From a virus, in IMG/VR virus record IMGVR_UViG_3300042317_000390, positions 64,001 to 128,000 of that record: DNA of 64,000 nt; one strand, 5' to 3'. The notes beneath the pieces are model-generated. The model searched no databases and was not told where the DNA came from. It saw only the letters and a list, made by a program, of their open reading frames with translations. Both the position numbers and the translations under genes were made by a program. Position 1 is the stretch's first letter, and each line of letters opens with the position of its first letter. Of this stretch, positions 15,778 through 25,605 are shown one piece after another.

Positions 15778-17261
15778 TGGCTAAAAGCGCTTTCGATCAA
15801 GGTAAAAGAGTAAGTCCTAATAATCAGACGATGGGCGGTAAAGCACCAAAGAAAGATCCAAAATATGCTGATCCACCAGCAGTTAAACCAGATGATTCTA
15901 AAAAGTTAACAGACGTTAGAGATAAGTTTGCTCCTAATGCCGATAAAGCAACTTCTGCTTCGGCTGATAAAGGTCAAACTGATCTTCCTTCTATTATGCA
16001 GATGGTAGATCCACAAGGTAACGCTCAGCAGTTTCCACAGATGTATCAGCAAGCCATGATGATGATTAGTATTCTTGGTATGGGCAGTGGAATGGGCGGT
16101 GGCGGCGGAGGTGGAGGTAACTTCGGTTCTGGCGTAGTTCCGTTTGTCCCATCAGGCATCATTAATGTTCTTGAAGATTCCTTTACTGGTGCTTTAGCCA
16201 TCTTAGTTAGAAGATATGGATTTGAAAGAGTTATTGAAATCCTAGTTATGATATTAAGCAACGGCGGAATTGATAAGATTGATAGCGGTTATAGAAACTT
16301 AGTGTTAAATTCTGTTGCCAATCTAATTAAGGTTGCTCTATATTATGGTCCAGATAATATTCCAGTATCGGTTTATAACGAAGCAATCTTCGGAGCAAAG
16401 ATACCAAACGCAGTTAATTTAATTACAGATGTTCCAGGCGATTGGGTCGAACAGTTTTATACGATAGAAGATGATCCATATCCCGGTTACAGAGAGTTTA
16501 AGCATATGCTACCAAGCTTAAATTCTACAGCTTATGAAAGAATGTGGGTAAAGAGAGAAGTAAAATCATACGTTTATGAATCTGCGCAAGAAGCAATCTA
16601 TTCATACTCTGAAACATCTATTGCTACTTTATTGGATCCATATTTTAAACCAGAAACCATTTATATATTAACGGCTTCTATATTAAATACTATTTTGATT
16701 GATGAGAGTTATAATGTTGAAACGAATACGTTAAATACTACTATGGGTAGTGGTGCAGCAAACCAAAACCAAGGCGGCGGTGGTGGCGGTGGTGGTAATC
16801 TAATGGGTATGATGGGAGGACAACTTCAACAGCTTATGGGATTAATTCAAGGAGAACAGTTACCACAATCTGTATTAAATCAGGGTGAAGTTGGAAAAGT
16901 TCTTCAGCAATATACTAAAGATATGGCACTCAATAATCAAATCTTTGAATTAGGTAAAGGTGCTTTAGGCGGTGGTACGGGAGGTGCTTTAGGTTCTCTT
17001 GGTAATATGGGAGGTCTTTCTAATATTATGGGAGGCTTCGGTTCTGGAGGTGGTGGTATCGGAGGCATATTGGGTAGTCTTGGTGGCGGTAGCTTATTGG
17101 GTAGTTTTGGTGGCTTCGGTGGAAACTCAGGAGGCGGCGGTGGTGGAGCAGGTAGCGGATTCCCTGGTGCTTCTGGTGGAGGTAGTTATTCTGGTGGCGG
17201 TATTAGTTCTGGTGGCTTGAAGAATGTTTCGCAATTATTGAAATTATTAGGAATAAGTTAA
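15777..17261 (+). CDS. Gly-rich 494-aa protein between the two gp5 parts
   Basis: TAATG-coupled on both sides. Poly-Gly/Met tracts. No recognised domain. Confidence 0.75.
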   Translation: MAKSAFDQGKRVSPNNQTMGGKAPKKDPKYADPPAVKPDDSKKLTDVRDKFAPNADKATSASADKGQTDLPSIMQMVDPQGNAQQFPQMYQQAMMMISILGMGSGMGGGGGGGGNFGSGVVPFVPSGIINVLEDSFTGALAILVRRYGFERVIEILVMILSNGGIDKIDSGYRNLVLNSVANLIKVALYYGPDNIPVSVYNEAIFGAKIPNAVNLITDVPGDWVEQFYTIEDDPYPGYREFKHMLPSLNSTAYERMWVKREVKSYVYESAQEAIYSYSETSIATLLDPYFKPETIYILTASILNTILIDESYNVETNTLNTTMGSGAANQNQGGGGGGGGNLMGMMGGQLQQLMGLIQGEQLPQSVLNQGEVGKVLQQYTKDMALNNQIFELGKGALGGGTGGALGSLGNMGGLSNIMGGFGSGGGGIGGILGSLGGGSLLGSFGGFGGNSGGGGGGAGSGFPGASGGGSYSGGGISSGGLKNVSQLLKLLGIS

Positions 17262-18103
17262 TGGCTGGAAAGAAACATAATAAGAAATTACCAAAGGATG
17301 CGGTAAGCGAACAGGACATAGAACCAAAATACGGTTATGTACACGGAGAGTGGGATGCTCTTGGTGGTCATCATATGACTTATGCTAATCCAGATGAACC
17401 TAAAAAGTTCTTCACTGAAAGATTAAAAGCCAGCGGTAGTTATGAGACCACACAACAAGACGATAACGATAAAGAGATTCATACTTCTATGTTTCCAGGT
17501 CAACATAGGGGTTATTATGCTGGAGGAAAGTCTACTCATACAGATGCTCACTTAGATATTAATGCTGAGAAGACTGGTAGATTAGAAGTCGGCGCTGACT
17601 TTGGACACGCTATTAAAAAGAATTATATCAGAGGCACAGGTGGTAAAGAAGTTAAGATTAAGGGCAATGAAGCTCATGTGACATCTCAAGCTTCTGGTGG
17701 TGTTTCCAGTGAAGGTTATAGCCAGACCAAGAGACAGAAGTTTGGCGGTGATCTATTCCAGCACGTAGAACAGAATCACGTTATTATGGGAGAAGGCGTA
17801 CAAGCATCCGTATTTAAAAAAGACGTATCGATGTACGCTGGACAGAACTATGATGTTTATGTAAAAGAAAAAGGAAAAATAGAAACCACCAGTACGTTCT
17901 TGTTACAGACTGGTAACGATGCATCGGTTAATTCTGCTGCTAAGGTTTTGATTACGGCATCAGATGTAGCGAATGTTAAGGCACAAGAAATAAACTTAAA
18001 GGCTGATAGTAAGATCACTCTAACAGTTGGTGGATCTAGTATTACGATTGAAAGTGGAACGATCACAATTAAGGGTTCACAAATTAAGTTCGAACAAGGA
18101 TAA
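17261..18103 (+). CDS. gp5 C-terminal spike (beta-helix) part
   Basis: P.Y..V......GH......P....ER...SGSY pattern, then short beta repeats ending ITLTVGGSSITI. Followed by PAAR. Confidence 0.7.
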   Translation: MAGKKHNKKLPKDAVSEQDIEPKYGYVHGEWDALGGHHMTYANPDEPKKFFTERLKASGSYETTQQDDNDKEIHTSMFPGQHRGYYAGGKSTHTDAHLDINAEKTGRLEVGADFGHAIKKNYIRGTGGKEVKIKGNEAHVTSQASGGVSSEGYSQTKRQKFGGDLFQHVEQNHVIMGEGVQASVFKKDVSMYAGQNYDVYVKEKGKIETTSTFLLQTGNDASVNSAAKVLITASDVANVKAQEINLKADSKITLTVGGSSITIESGTITIKGSQIKFEQG

Positions 18104-18107
18104 GTGA

Positions 18108-18389
18108 ATGCAAGCACATAGACACGGCGATCAAAGATCTTGTGGCGCTACAACGATTGCCACTCAAAGTTTTGTTACCATTGATGGAAAAGCTTGGGCA
18201 GTAGAAGGCGATCAGAATACGCACGGTGCTGGTGGATTAATCGCAAGTAAAACCTATCTTAAGATTGGTGGTAAGAGTGTGATTGTAGTAACAGATAACG
18301 CCAACCAAGATAATTTATGTCCGTCGCTTGGGGGAGAACACTGTAACCCCAAAGCATCTTCAGGCAGTAGTTTAGTAGACGTAGGATAA
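18108..18389 (+). CDS. PAAR-like spike tip (gp5.4 equivalent)
   Basis: HR.GD.R.CGA, V.I.GK..A..GD...HG, H/C metal ligands, GSS.V.VG. Confidence 0.85.
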   Translation: MQAHRHGDQRSCGATTIATQSFVTIDGKAWAVEGDQNTHGAGGLIASKTYLKIGGKSVIVVTDNANQDNLCPSLGGEHCNPKASSGSSLVDVG

Positions 18390-18390
18390 A

Positions 18391-18819
18391 ATGGCAATTA
18401 CAAGAGCAGACGCCCTAACAGGCACAAATAAACAGAAAGATTTCTTTTCTGATTTCACATCTAGCTTTGCTAAAACTCCTTTTGGTAATCAGTTAGCAAG
18501 GGTTACAAATGAGCAGTCAGTAAATCAATCTCTCAGAAATCTTATTAAAACTAATCTTGGTGAAAGACTATTTCAGCCATTGATTGGGTCTGATGTCTAT
18601 AATGCTTTGTTTGAACATAATACAGCAGAAAACGCTCATGAGATTGAATTATTGATCGAAAACACTATAAAAAACAATGAACCAAGAGCAAATCTAATAA
18701 AAACGACTGTAAGTATTGATCCTTCTGATGAAAATGCACTTGATATTACAATTCTTTATACTTTAATAAATAACCCAGAACCAATTACTCTTACCGTCCT
18801 ATTAAAAAGAGTCCGATAA
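18391..18819 (+). CDS. 25: Baseplate wedge gp25
   Basis: NE.SV.QS.RNL..TN.GER.FQP..GS, I.N.EPR, L.RVR. Confidence 0.93.
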   Translation: MAITRADALTGTNKQKDFFSDFTSSFAKTPFGNQLARVTNEQSVNQSLRNLIKTNLGERLFQPLIGSDVYNALFEHNTAENAHEIELLIENTIKNNEPRANLIKTTVSIDPSDENALDITILYTLINNPEPITLTVLLKRVR

Positions 18820-20642
18820 TGGCAAACAGCTCATTAGTTTTAAGTTCCCTTGATTTTGACACTCTCAAAGGCAACTTCAAAGAATACTTAAAATCACAAT
18901 CAGTTTTCAAAGACTACAATTTCGATGGGTCTAATATCAGCGTCCTGTTAGATGTCATGGCGTATAACTCATATTTGAATTCTTTCTATTTGAATATGGT
19001 TGCGTCAGAAATGTTTTTGGATTCAGCCCAAAAATACAATTCTGTCATTTCACACGCTAAAGAGTTAAACTATACCCCAAGAAGCTCTCATGCGTCTGTT
19101 GCTAATGTCTCTTTTACGGTATCAACTACAGGTATTGGCGCTAACAAGATTACAATTCCAAAGGGAACAAAATTCTCCGGTGTTAATTCTAATGGAACAT
19201 ATAATTTCGTAACCGATCAAACTACAACGTATGTGTCTAGTAATAATTATTACGTTATTGATAACCTTCAAATCAATCAAGGTATATATTTTCAAGATTC
19301 GTTTATAGTTGATTATAACATTGAAGATCAAAGATTCATTTTAACGAACGATGGCATTGATACATCATCTATTACTGTAACTATTTCTGATAGTTCAGGT
19401 GCAAATTCTGTTTCTTATTCTAAGGCTGACAGTTTATTCGGTCTTACAAGCACATCAACCGTTTTCTTTCTACAAGCCGTAGATGGTGGTAGATATCAAA
19501 TTGTTTTCGGTGACGGATTGTTTGGTAGAAAACCAGATAATCTTTCTTCTATAACTGTTAGTTATATTGTCACAGAGGGAACTGATGGTAACGGGGTAGA
19601 TAATTTCAGCATAACTGATAACTTAGGCGTCATCAACGGCGGTAGTGCTACTGTATCTGACATTAATGTTATAACAGCTTCAACCATCGGTGCTAATCAG
19701 GAATCTATTGAATCTATTAGATTCGCTGCTCCTAGAAAATATGCATCACAACAAAGAGCCGTTACTTCGGACGACTATGCATCTCTTGTTGTTAGTGAGT
19801 TCGGTGGACAGATCGATGACGTTATCATCTATGGTGGTCAAGAATTGGAGCCAAAGGAATATGGTAGAGTTGTTGTTTGTATTAAACCTTCATCTTCCAC
19901 TATCGCTCCTGATTATCTAAAAAATCAGATTAAGACGTATTTGAACGATTATATTGTATTACCAAACAGAGTTAAGATTTCAGATCCAGAATATTTCTAT
20001 ATCAAAGTTGATACGGTGGTTCAATATAATTCAAAATTAACTACAAAATATGCCAATGAAATACAAAGCAGTGTTTTGGATGAAATTCTAGCATTCAGTA
20101 AAGCTCATATTGAAAAATTCGGCAATGATTTTAGATATAGTAAGTTTGTAACTCATATTGATGAGACTGACACTAGTATCACCAGTAATGATACAAATAT
20201 CAAGATCGTTAAGAAAATTTCACCAAAATTAAACTTTCAAACATCTTACGATATTCGCTTTAATAATAAACCAGAACAAGAAGGCGTATATAATGGCATA
20301 GCGTATCCAGACGAAAGAGTGTTCACAAGTACAGCGTTTGATTATGTGGATTCATCTGATGTTATTTGGTCTAACTGCTATTTGGAAGACGATGCTATCG
20401 GCAATATCATTTTATATACGTATATAAATGGCGTTAAATACGTAGTAAACTCTGCAATAGGCACAATTGATTATGTAACAGGTCGTGTTATTATAACCAA
20501 CTTGAAAACATCGTCGTATATTAATTCGATAGCGTTGGAATTATCAACACAAAATAAAGATATTATTTCAACTAAGAATATGATCCTATTAATTGAGGCT
20601 GAAGATGTATCCATAGAAGTTATAGAGACGGTAGTAAATTAA
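18819..20642 (+). CDS. 6: Baseplate wedge gp6
   Basis: LDFD.LK..F..YL..Q..F.DY.F.GS..S.LLDV.AYN, FGDG.FG, Q.RAVT..DY. Confidence 0.95.
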   Translation: MANSSLVLSSLDFDTLKGNFKEYLKSQSVFKDYNFDGSNISVLLDVMAYNSYLNSFYLNMVASEMFLDSAQKYNSVISHAKELNYTPRSSHASVANVSFTVSTTGIGANKITIPKGTKFSGVNSNGTYNFVTDQTTTYVSSNNYYVIDNLQINQGIYFQDSFIVDYNIEDQRFILTNDGIDTSSITVTISDSSGANSVSYSKADSLFGLTSTSTVFFLQAVDGGRYQIVFGDGLFGRKPDNLSSITVSYIVTEGTDGNGVDNFSITDNLGVINGGSATVSDINVITASTIGANQESIESIRFAAPRKYASQQRAVTSDDYASLVVSEFGGQIDDVIIYGGQELEPKEYGRVVVCIKPSSSTIAPDYLKNQIKTYLNDYIVLPNRVKISDPEYFYIKVDTVVQYNSKLTTKYANEIQSSVLDEILAFSKAHIEKFGNDFRYSKFVTHIDETDTSITSNDTNIKIVKKISPKLNFQTSYDIRFNNKPEQEGVYNGIAYPDERVFTSTAFDYVDSSDVIWSNCYLEDDAIGNIILYTYINGVKYVVNSAIGTIDYVTGRVIITNLKTSSYINSIALELSTQNKDIISTKNMILLIEAEDVSIEVIETVVN

Positions 20643-20643
20643 G

Positions 20644-23553
20644 ATGGATTCTTATACAGAAAAGTTCATTTCTAATTTTATTGAAAGTCAGTTTCCTCAG
20701 TTCTACCAAGAGGAAGGTGAAACATTTATTCTATTCGTTAAAGCATATTACGAATGGATGGAATCCAGTGGTGATATTTCAGGAGACGCTCATGGCGGAC
20801 CAATTAGAGAATCACGTGAATTATTAGAATATAGAGATATTGATACTACAGTCGAAAAGTTTCTTGAATATTTTCAGAAGAAATATCTATATGGTATCCC
20901 ATTCAATGTTATCGTAAATAAAAGATTTCTATTAAAACACATTATCGACGTTTATAGTTCAAAGGGAACTATTCAGTGTTATAAACTTCTATTCAAGATG
21001 ATTTATAACGAAGACGTTGAAGTTTATCTCCCAGGCAGAGATGTTCTTAGAGTATCTGATGGTATTTGGATTGAACCAAGGTATTTGGAAGTATCTTTAA
21101 CTACCAATCTCTTGGATCTTATTGGTAAAAATATTATAGGTAGTGCATCTAAGACGACAGCTCTAGTTGAGTATATTAATACCGAATACGTCAATAACGA
21201 TGCTATTCAAAAAGTCTATATTTCTAATATATCACCAAAAGGCGGTGAGTTCGTAGTTGGTGAAAGAATCATAGATCAGCGTTACATATCTAATACAGAG
21301 ATTGCATCAGCTTCTCCGCTTATTCTTGGTTCTTTGGATAGTCTAGATGTTTTCAACAGTGGCGTTGACTTCCAAGTTGGTGATATTCTTAAGGTAGCAA
21401 GAAGAGATCCAGGCACTGGCGAACAGATGGCGTTCGGCGTTGATGCTTATGTTATGGTTAAATCTCTTTTTCGTGGTTATGGATCTCTAAACTTCACAAT
21501 TCTAAACGGTGGCTTTGGTTTTATGGCCAATGCTTCAGTGTTTATTTACAAGAACGTATTAGATACTACCGGTAGAGGCGCAGACTTTAACATTAAGCTT
21601 GCTGATACTCAAAATCTAGTATATAATACAGATCCTCTAGTTGGTTATTTGGATCTAACTCTAGATGCTACTGCATATGGATTTCCAAGTAACACTTCTG
21701 CTAATTTATCATCAACATTATCTGACGCTCTTGCGTTTTCGAATGGTCTTTTTGGAAGAATTGCAACTCTAACCAACGTTCAAGCTGGTAATGGATATAT
21801 TGCTCCCGCCAACGTTTTCGTTAGATCAACAATAACGTCTATCAACATACCAGGAAGAGTTACCTATTTTAGAGCAGATGATATTTTAAGTGCGTTTACA
21901 TCTACAATATATGCTAACACTACATCGGTTAACAACACAAGTCATGCTTTATTAATAGCAAACGCAAATACAAATTACGATGTAAACGATTTAGTATTAT
22001 ATCGTGTTCCAACTGGTAATGTTGCTATAACGAATCTTAACCCAAATACATTTTATTACGTTAAGACGACAAATACAACATCTGTGACTTTGAGTAAGAC
22101 GTTAGGTGGTAACGTTATTCAAATTTCAGCTAATACCAATGCTAGTGCCGAAACTCATTATCTACTAAACGATATTGTATATCCAACCACACCATCAGTT
22201 AATGGTTATTCGGTTAATGTTTATGCTAATACAACCAGCGTTAACAACGCAACATATGATATTAAGAGCGCCAGCGCTAATACATATCTAAAGGCAGACG
22301 ATTGGATTTATTACGAAGTCCCATCAGGAAATACTCCAATTGTTGGTCTAACTGGTAATAACATCTATTACATTTATGCCTCTAATAGTTCAGCATTTAG
22401 TCTTACTACAGAACCAGGTGGATCTCAGATTTTAATTACTGAGCCAATAACAACAGCCGGTGAGACGCATACATTCAAGACCACAAGATTTAAGAAGTAT
22501 TTCGCTAATGATGATATTGTTTACCTAACAGCCAATAACTCCAATACAGATACAACTGAATTAGCAGTCATTAGACAAGTTGTTGATGATACTAAGATCG
22601 TTTTATATGGCTATCCTAATAACACGTGCACTGATAGTTCTGTATATGGCGTTGCTCCCGTTATCATGCCAGCACAGTTCGCTATTACTGAAACTGTTAT
22701 GAAGCGTCTAGATAAGACGATTAATGGTATTAACGATAGAATTTTAGCTCTGAACTCAAGCGGTAACAATATTGTCGAGACAGTTAGGGCTATTAATTCT
22801 GGTAAAGCTTACGTTGAAGGCGAGACGGTTCACGCATATAGATATGGTATTCTAAACGTCCCAACTATTGCTAATTCTGGTATTGGTTATGCTAATGGTG
22901 ATACTCTTATTTTCTCTGGTGGTCTTACATCATCACCAGCAAGAGGATCAATTCTAACTAATTCATTGGGCCACATAACTTCAATCAATACAACTGCTGG
23001 CGCTTGGTATGCAGGTTCTGGATATAACTCAGTTCCTTCTGTTACAGTTAGATCTACAAACAGTTTAGCTTATGGCGCAGTTCTTTCAACAAGTATCATC
23101 GAATACGACACTGCTAGTGAGATTAGAGGTATTGTTAGAAAAACGGGTATCGGTAGAGGGTTTGGTTATTGGGGTGTAAATGACAGTGAGTTAAACTCAG
23201 ATAAGCGCATTCAGGATAGTTACTACTATCAAGATTATTCATATGAACTAAAGTCTTCTCTTGCATTAGATAAATATAAAGATATTTTATACACCACATT
23301 CCACCCATCTGGGGCTGAAATGTTTGGTAAATTTGAGCTACAGCCTTCTGTCTTACAAAGTCCAATTACTCTGGTTGAAAGTGGGCCAGCATCTTTCTAC
23401 AATTATACGACCTCGGATAGTACATATGTTACTGTTGATAGTGTAAATATATTAGTAAGTGATTATATTTACGCAAATACATGGTTGACCGTTGATTCAA
23501 CGACTATAAATACAAGTAATGCAACATTAACAGTAGATAGAATAGGCTCTTAA
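20644..23553 (+). CDS. 7: Baseplate wedge gp7-like with inserted repeated domains
   Basis: QFP.FY....F..F.KAYYEW, Y.SKGT......LF, IQDS.YYQD.SY, HP.G...FG. Position between gp6 and gp8. Confidence 0.75.
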   Translation: MDSYTEKFISNFIESQFPQFYQEEGETFILFVKAYYEWMESSGDISGDAHGGPIRESRELLEYRDIDTTVEKFLEYFQKKYLYGIPFNVIVNKRFLLKHIIDVYSSKGTIQCYKLLFKMIYNEDVEVYLPGRDVLRVSDGIWIEPRYLEVSLTTNLLDLIGKNIIGSASKTTALVEYINTEYVNNDAIQKVYISNISPKGGEFVVGERIIDQRYISNTEIASASPLILGSLDSLDVFNSGVDFQVGDILKVARRDPGTGEQMAFGVDAYVMVKSLFRGYGSLNFTILNGGFGFMANASVFIYKNVLDTTGRGADFNIKLADTQNLVYNTDPLVGYLDLTLDATAYGFPSNTSANLSSTLSDALAFSNGLFGRIATLTNVQAGNGYIAPANVFVRSTITSINIPGRVTYFRADDILSAFTSTIYANTTSVNNTSHALLIANANTNYDVNDLVLYRVPTGNVAITNLNPNTFYYVKTTNTTSVTLSKTLGGNVIQISANTNASAETHYLLNDIVYPTTPSVNGYSVNVYANTTSVNNATYDIKSASANTYLKADDWIYYEVPSGNTPIVGLTGNNIYYIYASNSSAFSLTTEPGGSQILITEPITTAGETHTFKTTRFKKYFANDDIVYLTANNSNTDTTELAVIRQVVDDTKIVLYGYPNNTCTDSSVYGVAPVIMPAQFAITETVMKRLDKTINGINDRILALNSSGNNIVETVRAINSGKAYVEGETVHAYRYGILNVPTIANSGIGYANGDTLIFSGGLTSSPARGSILTNSLGHITSINTTAGAWYAGSGYNSVPSVTVRSTNSLAYGAVLSTSIIEYDTASEIRGIVRKTGIGRGFGYWGVNDSELNSDKRIQDSYYYQDYSYELKSSLALDKYKDILYTTFHPSGAEMFGKFELQPSVLQSPITLVESGPASFYNYTTSDSTYVTVDSVNILVSDYIYANTWLTVDSTTINTSNATLTVDRIGS
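23505..23512 (+). promoter_or_regulatory. Late promoter TATAAATA (within gp7 3' end)
   Basis: Exact consensus about 64 nt upstream of the 23576 start. Confidence 0.55.
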
Positions 23554-23575
23554 CCGTTAAAATAGGGGATATAAG

Positions 23576-24055
23576 GTGGCTACTCAACAAATCACAATTA
23601 ACGTAGGAACTCCAAATGGTGGCGATGGCGATCCATTAAGAGACGCCATGGTTTCTGTAAATCAGAACTTTTCAAATCTATTCAGCACAGCTATCGTTAA
23701 TACAAACATCACAGTTGGTAACACGTCTGTAAATACTGTTATCAACTCTTCTTCGGTTTCAATTCAGTCCAATAATGGTTTGATTGTTGGCACTAGCACA
23801 AACGGCGCTAATGGCTATACATATCTACCAAATGGGTTTAAGATGAATTGGGGATGGATTTCAGCTAACAGCACTGATGGTAATGCTACGTTCACATCAG
23901 CTTTTACCACCAATGCTTATGTTGTAACGGCTACAAGTAACTCAACAGTAGACACATATCAGGCAGCTGTTGTAGGCACTAACAATACGGTAGCTCGGAT
24001 TAGAACAGCTAATGTTACATCTACAAATGTTTATTGGACAGCCATAGGGTATTAA
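23576..24055 (+). CDS. Short baseplate/fibre protein with gp9/gp10-like N-terminus
   Basis: INVGT.N.GDGDPLR.A....N.NF is the gp9/10 N-terminal motif. NGYTYLPNG..MNWG is a fibre-tip domain motif. Confidence 0.7.
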   Translation: MATQQITINVGTPNGGDGDPLRDAMVSVNQNFSNLFSTAIVNTNITVGNTSVNTVINSSSVSIQSNNGLIVGTSTNGANGYTYLPNGFKMNWGWISANSTDGNATFTSAFTTNAYVVTATSNSTVDTYQAAVVGTNNTVARIRTANVTSTNVYWTAIGY

Positions 24056-24060
24056 GAATA

Positions 24061-25590
24061 ATGGGTTTACTGTTACCATCTTATAAAAAAGCAATAATCG
24101 ATGAGTTGTTAGATAACGTATCTTCAAATACGTCATACTATTATGCTTTTGCAGCAAACCCAACACCTCATAACGGTATTATTCCAACTATCTCAAACGA
24201 TGATCAATTAGCCCTTTTTACTAACGATTGGGAAATGATTTTCGGTAAGAGATTATATCCTTCTAATTTTGCACCACTGATTAAAAACAATCAGTGGACT
24301 ATTAATTCTATATATGATAGATATGATAATACTGATAAAAATCTACTAGCAAATAATAATTATTATGTGATCTCTCCTCCAGAATATACCGGTGGTAGTT
24401 ATAACATTTATAAGTGCCTAGATAACGCTAATGGTGCTCCATCTACTATTAGACCAACAACGATTCAATCTTCAACTTTCCAAACTTCGGATGGATATAA
24501 GTGGAGATATTTGACTTCTATCACATACAAGCAGTATGTTACTTTCTCCACTGTTGATTATTGCCCTGTTTACGCTAATGCAGTTACAACTCTATATTCT
24601 AACACATATGCTGGTGTAGAAGTTGTCATGATTTCTAATTCAGGATCTGGATATTCGGCTTATCATAATGGTATCGTTAGATCTGCTAACTCAACGGTCA
24701 TTCAGATTGAAAATTCTGCCAGCGATCAGAACGATCTTTATAAAGGCTCTGCGATTTACGTCTACAATACAATAACGACAACTTCTCAGATTTTCCAAAT
24801 TTCAAGTTATGTTTCTAACAGCGTTGGTAACTGGGTTTACCTTTCAACTGAAGCTAATACAACAAGTATACTTCCAAATGCTACCCAATATAAGATTTCA
24901 CCAAGAGTTGTTTTTGATACTGACGGGTATAGACAACCAGTTGCTTATAGCGTTGTAGATTCTACATCTAATACTATATCTGATATCGTTGTTCTTGATG
25001 TTGGTGAAGATATTTCTAGAGCTTCTATTTCGTTGGATACAAATTCAGGTTCTGGTGCTAATCTTTATGCGATTACTCCCCCACCCGGAGGTCATGGATA
25101 TGATATTCTATCCGAATTAAACGTCCAAGGTATCTCAATTCAATTTACATTCTCTAATAACGAAAACTCAACGATTCCAACAGAAGCCAAGTATAATAAA
25201 GTTGGTATAGTCAAGAATCCACGCATTTTACTTGCTAATACTGATAGAGGTGGTCAATATACTGCTAACACATATAATCAGTTATTAGAAGCTACAGTTT
25301 CTTCGCCTATTGTTTTCACTGTTGGTGATACTGTTACTGGAGAATCCAGTAATGCAGTCGGAAGAGTTGCCTTTTCTAATACCACAGTCCTGTATTTGAC
25401 AGGAGATAAATATTTCATCGATGGTGAAACCGTAACATCTAGCGATGGCACACAAAGCGTAGATATTACAATAACTAACTTAGGCGATGTATACGCAAAG
25501 AATTTAAGACCAATATATATTGAAAACTTGAATAATGTTACAAGGTCTAATACGACAGCAGAATCATTTAAGTTGATAATTCAAGTTTAA
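24061..25590 (+). CDS. 8: Baseplate wedge gp8 (likely start 24061)
   Basis: W.....YD.YD, YN.YKCLDN..G.PST..P, DGYKW.YL, PP.GHG, R.....E..K.II. Confidence 0.85.
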   Translation: MGLLLPSYKKAIIDELLDNVSSNTSYYYAFAANPTPHNGIIPTISNDDQLALFTNDWEMIFGKRLYPSNFAPLIKNNQWTINSIYDRYDNTDKNLLANNNYYVISPPEYTGGSYNIYKCLDNANGAPSTIRPTTIQSSTFQTSDGYKWRYLTSITYKQYVTFSTVDYCPVYANAVTTLYSNTYAGVEVVMISNSGSGYSAYHNGIVRSANSTVIQIENSASDQNDLYKGSAIYVYNTITTTSQIFQISSYVSNSVGNWVYLSTEANTTSILPNATQYKISPRVVFDTDGYRQPVAYSVVDSTSNTISDIVVLDVGEDISRASISLDTNSGSGANLYAITPPPGGHGYDILSELNVQGISIQFTFSNNENSTIPTEAKYNKVGIVKNPRILLANTDRGGQYTANTYNQLLEATVSSPIVFTVGDTVTGESSNAVGRVAFSNTTVLYLTGDKYFIDGETVTSSDGTQSVDITITNLGDVYAKNLRPIYIENLNNVTRSNTTAESFKLIIQV

Positions 25591-25605
25591 AAATAGGGAC
25601 AGGAA

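Noticed and set aside
16080-17220. Poly-GGN tracts as a DNA-level repeat or G-quadruplex element
   Set aside because: Third positions vary (GGT/GGC/GGA), consistent with selection for poly-Gly protein rather than a DNA repeat.
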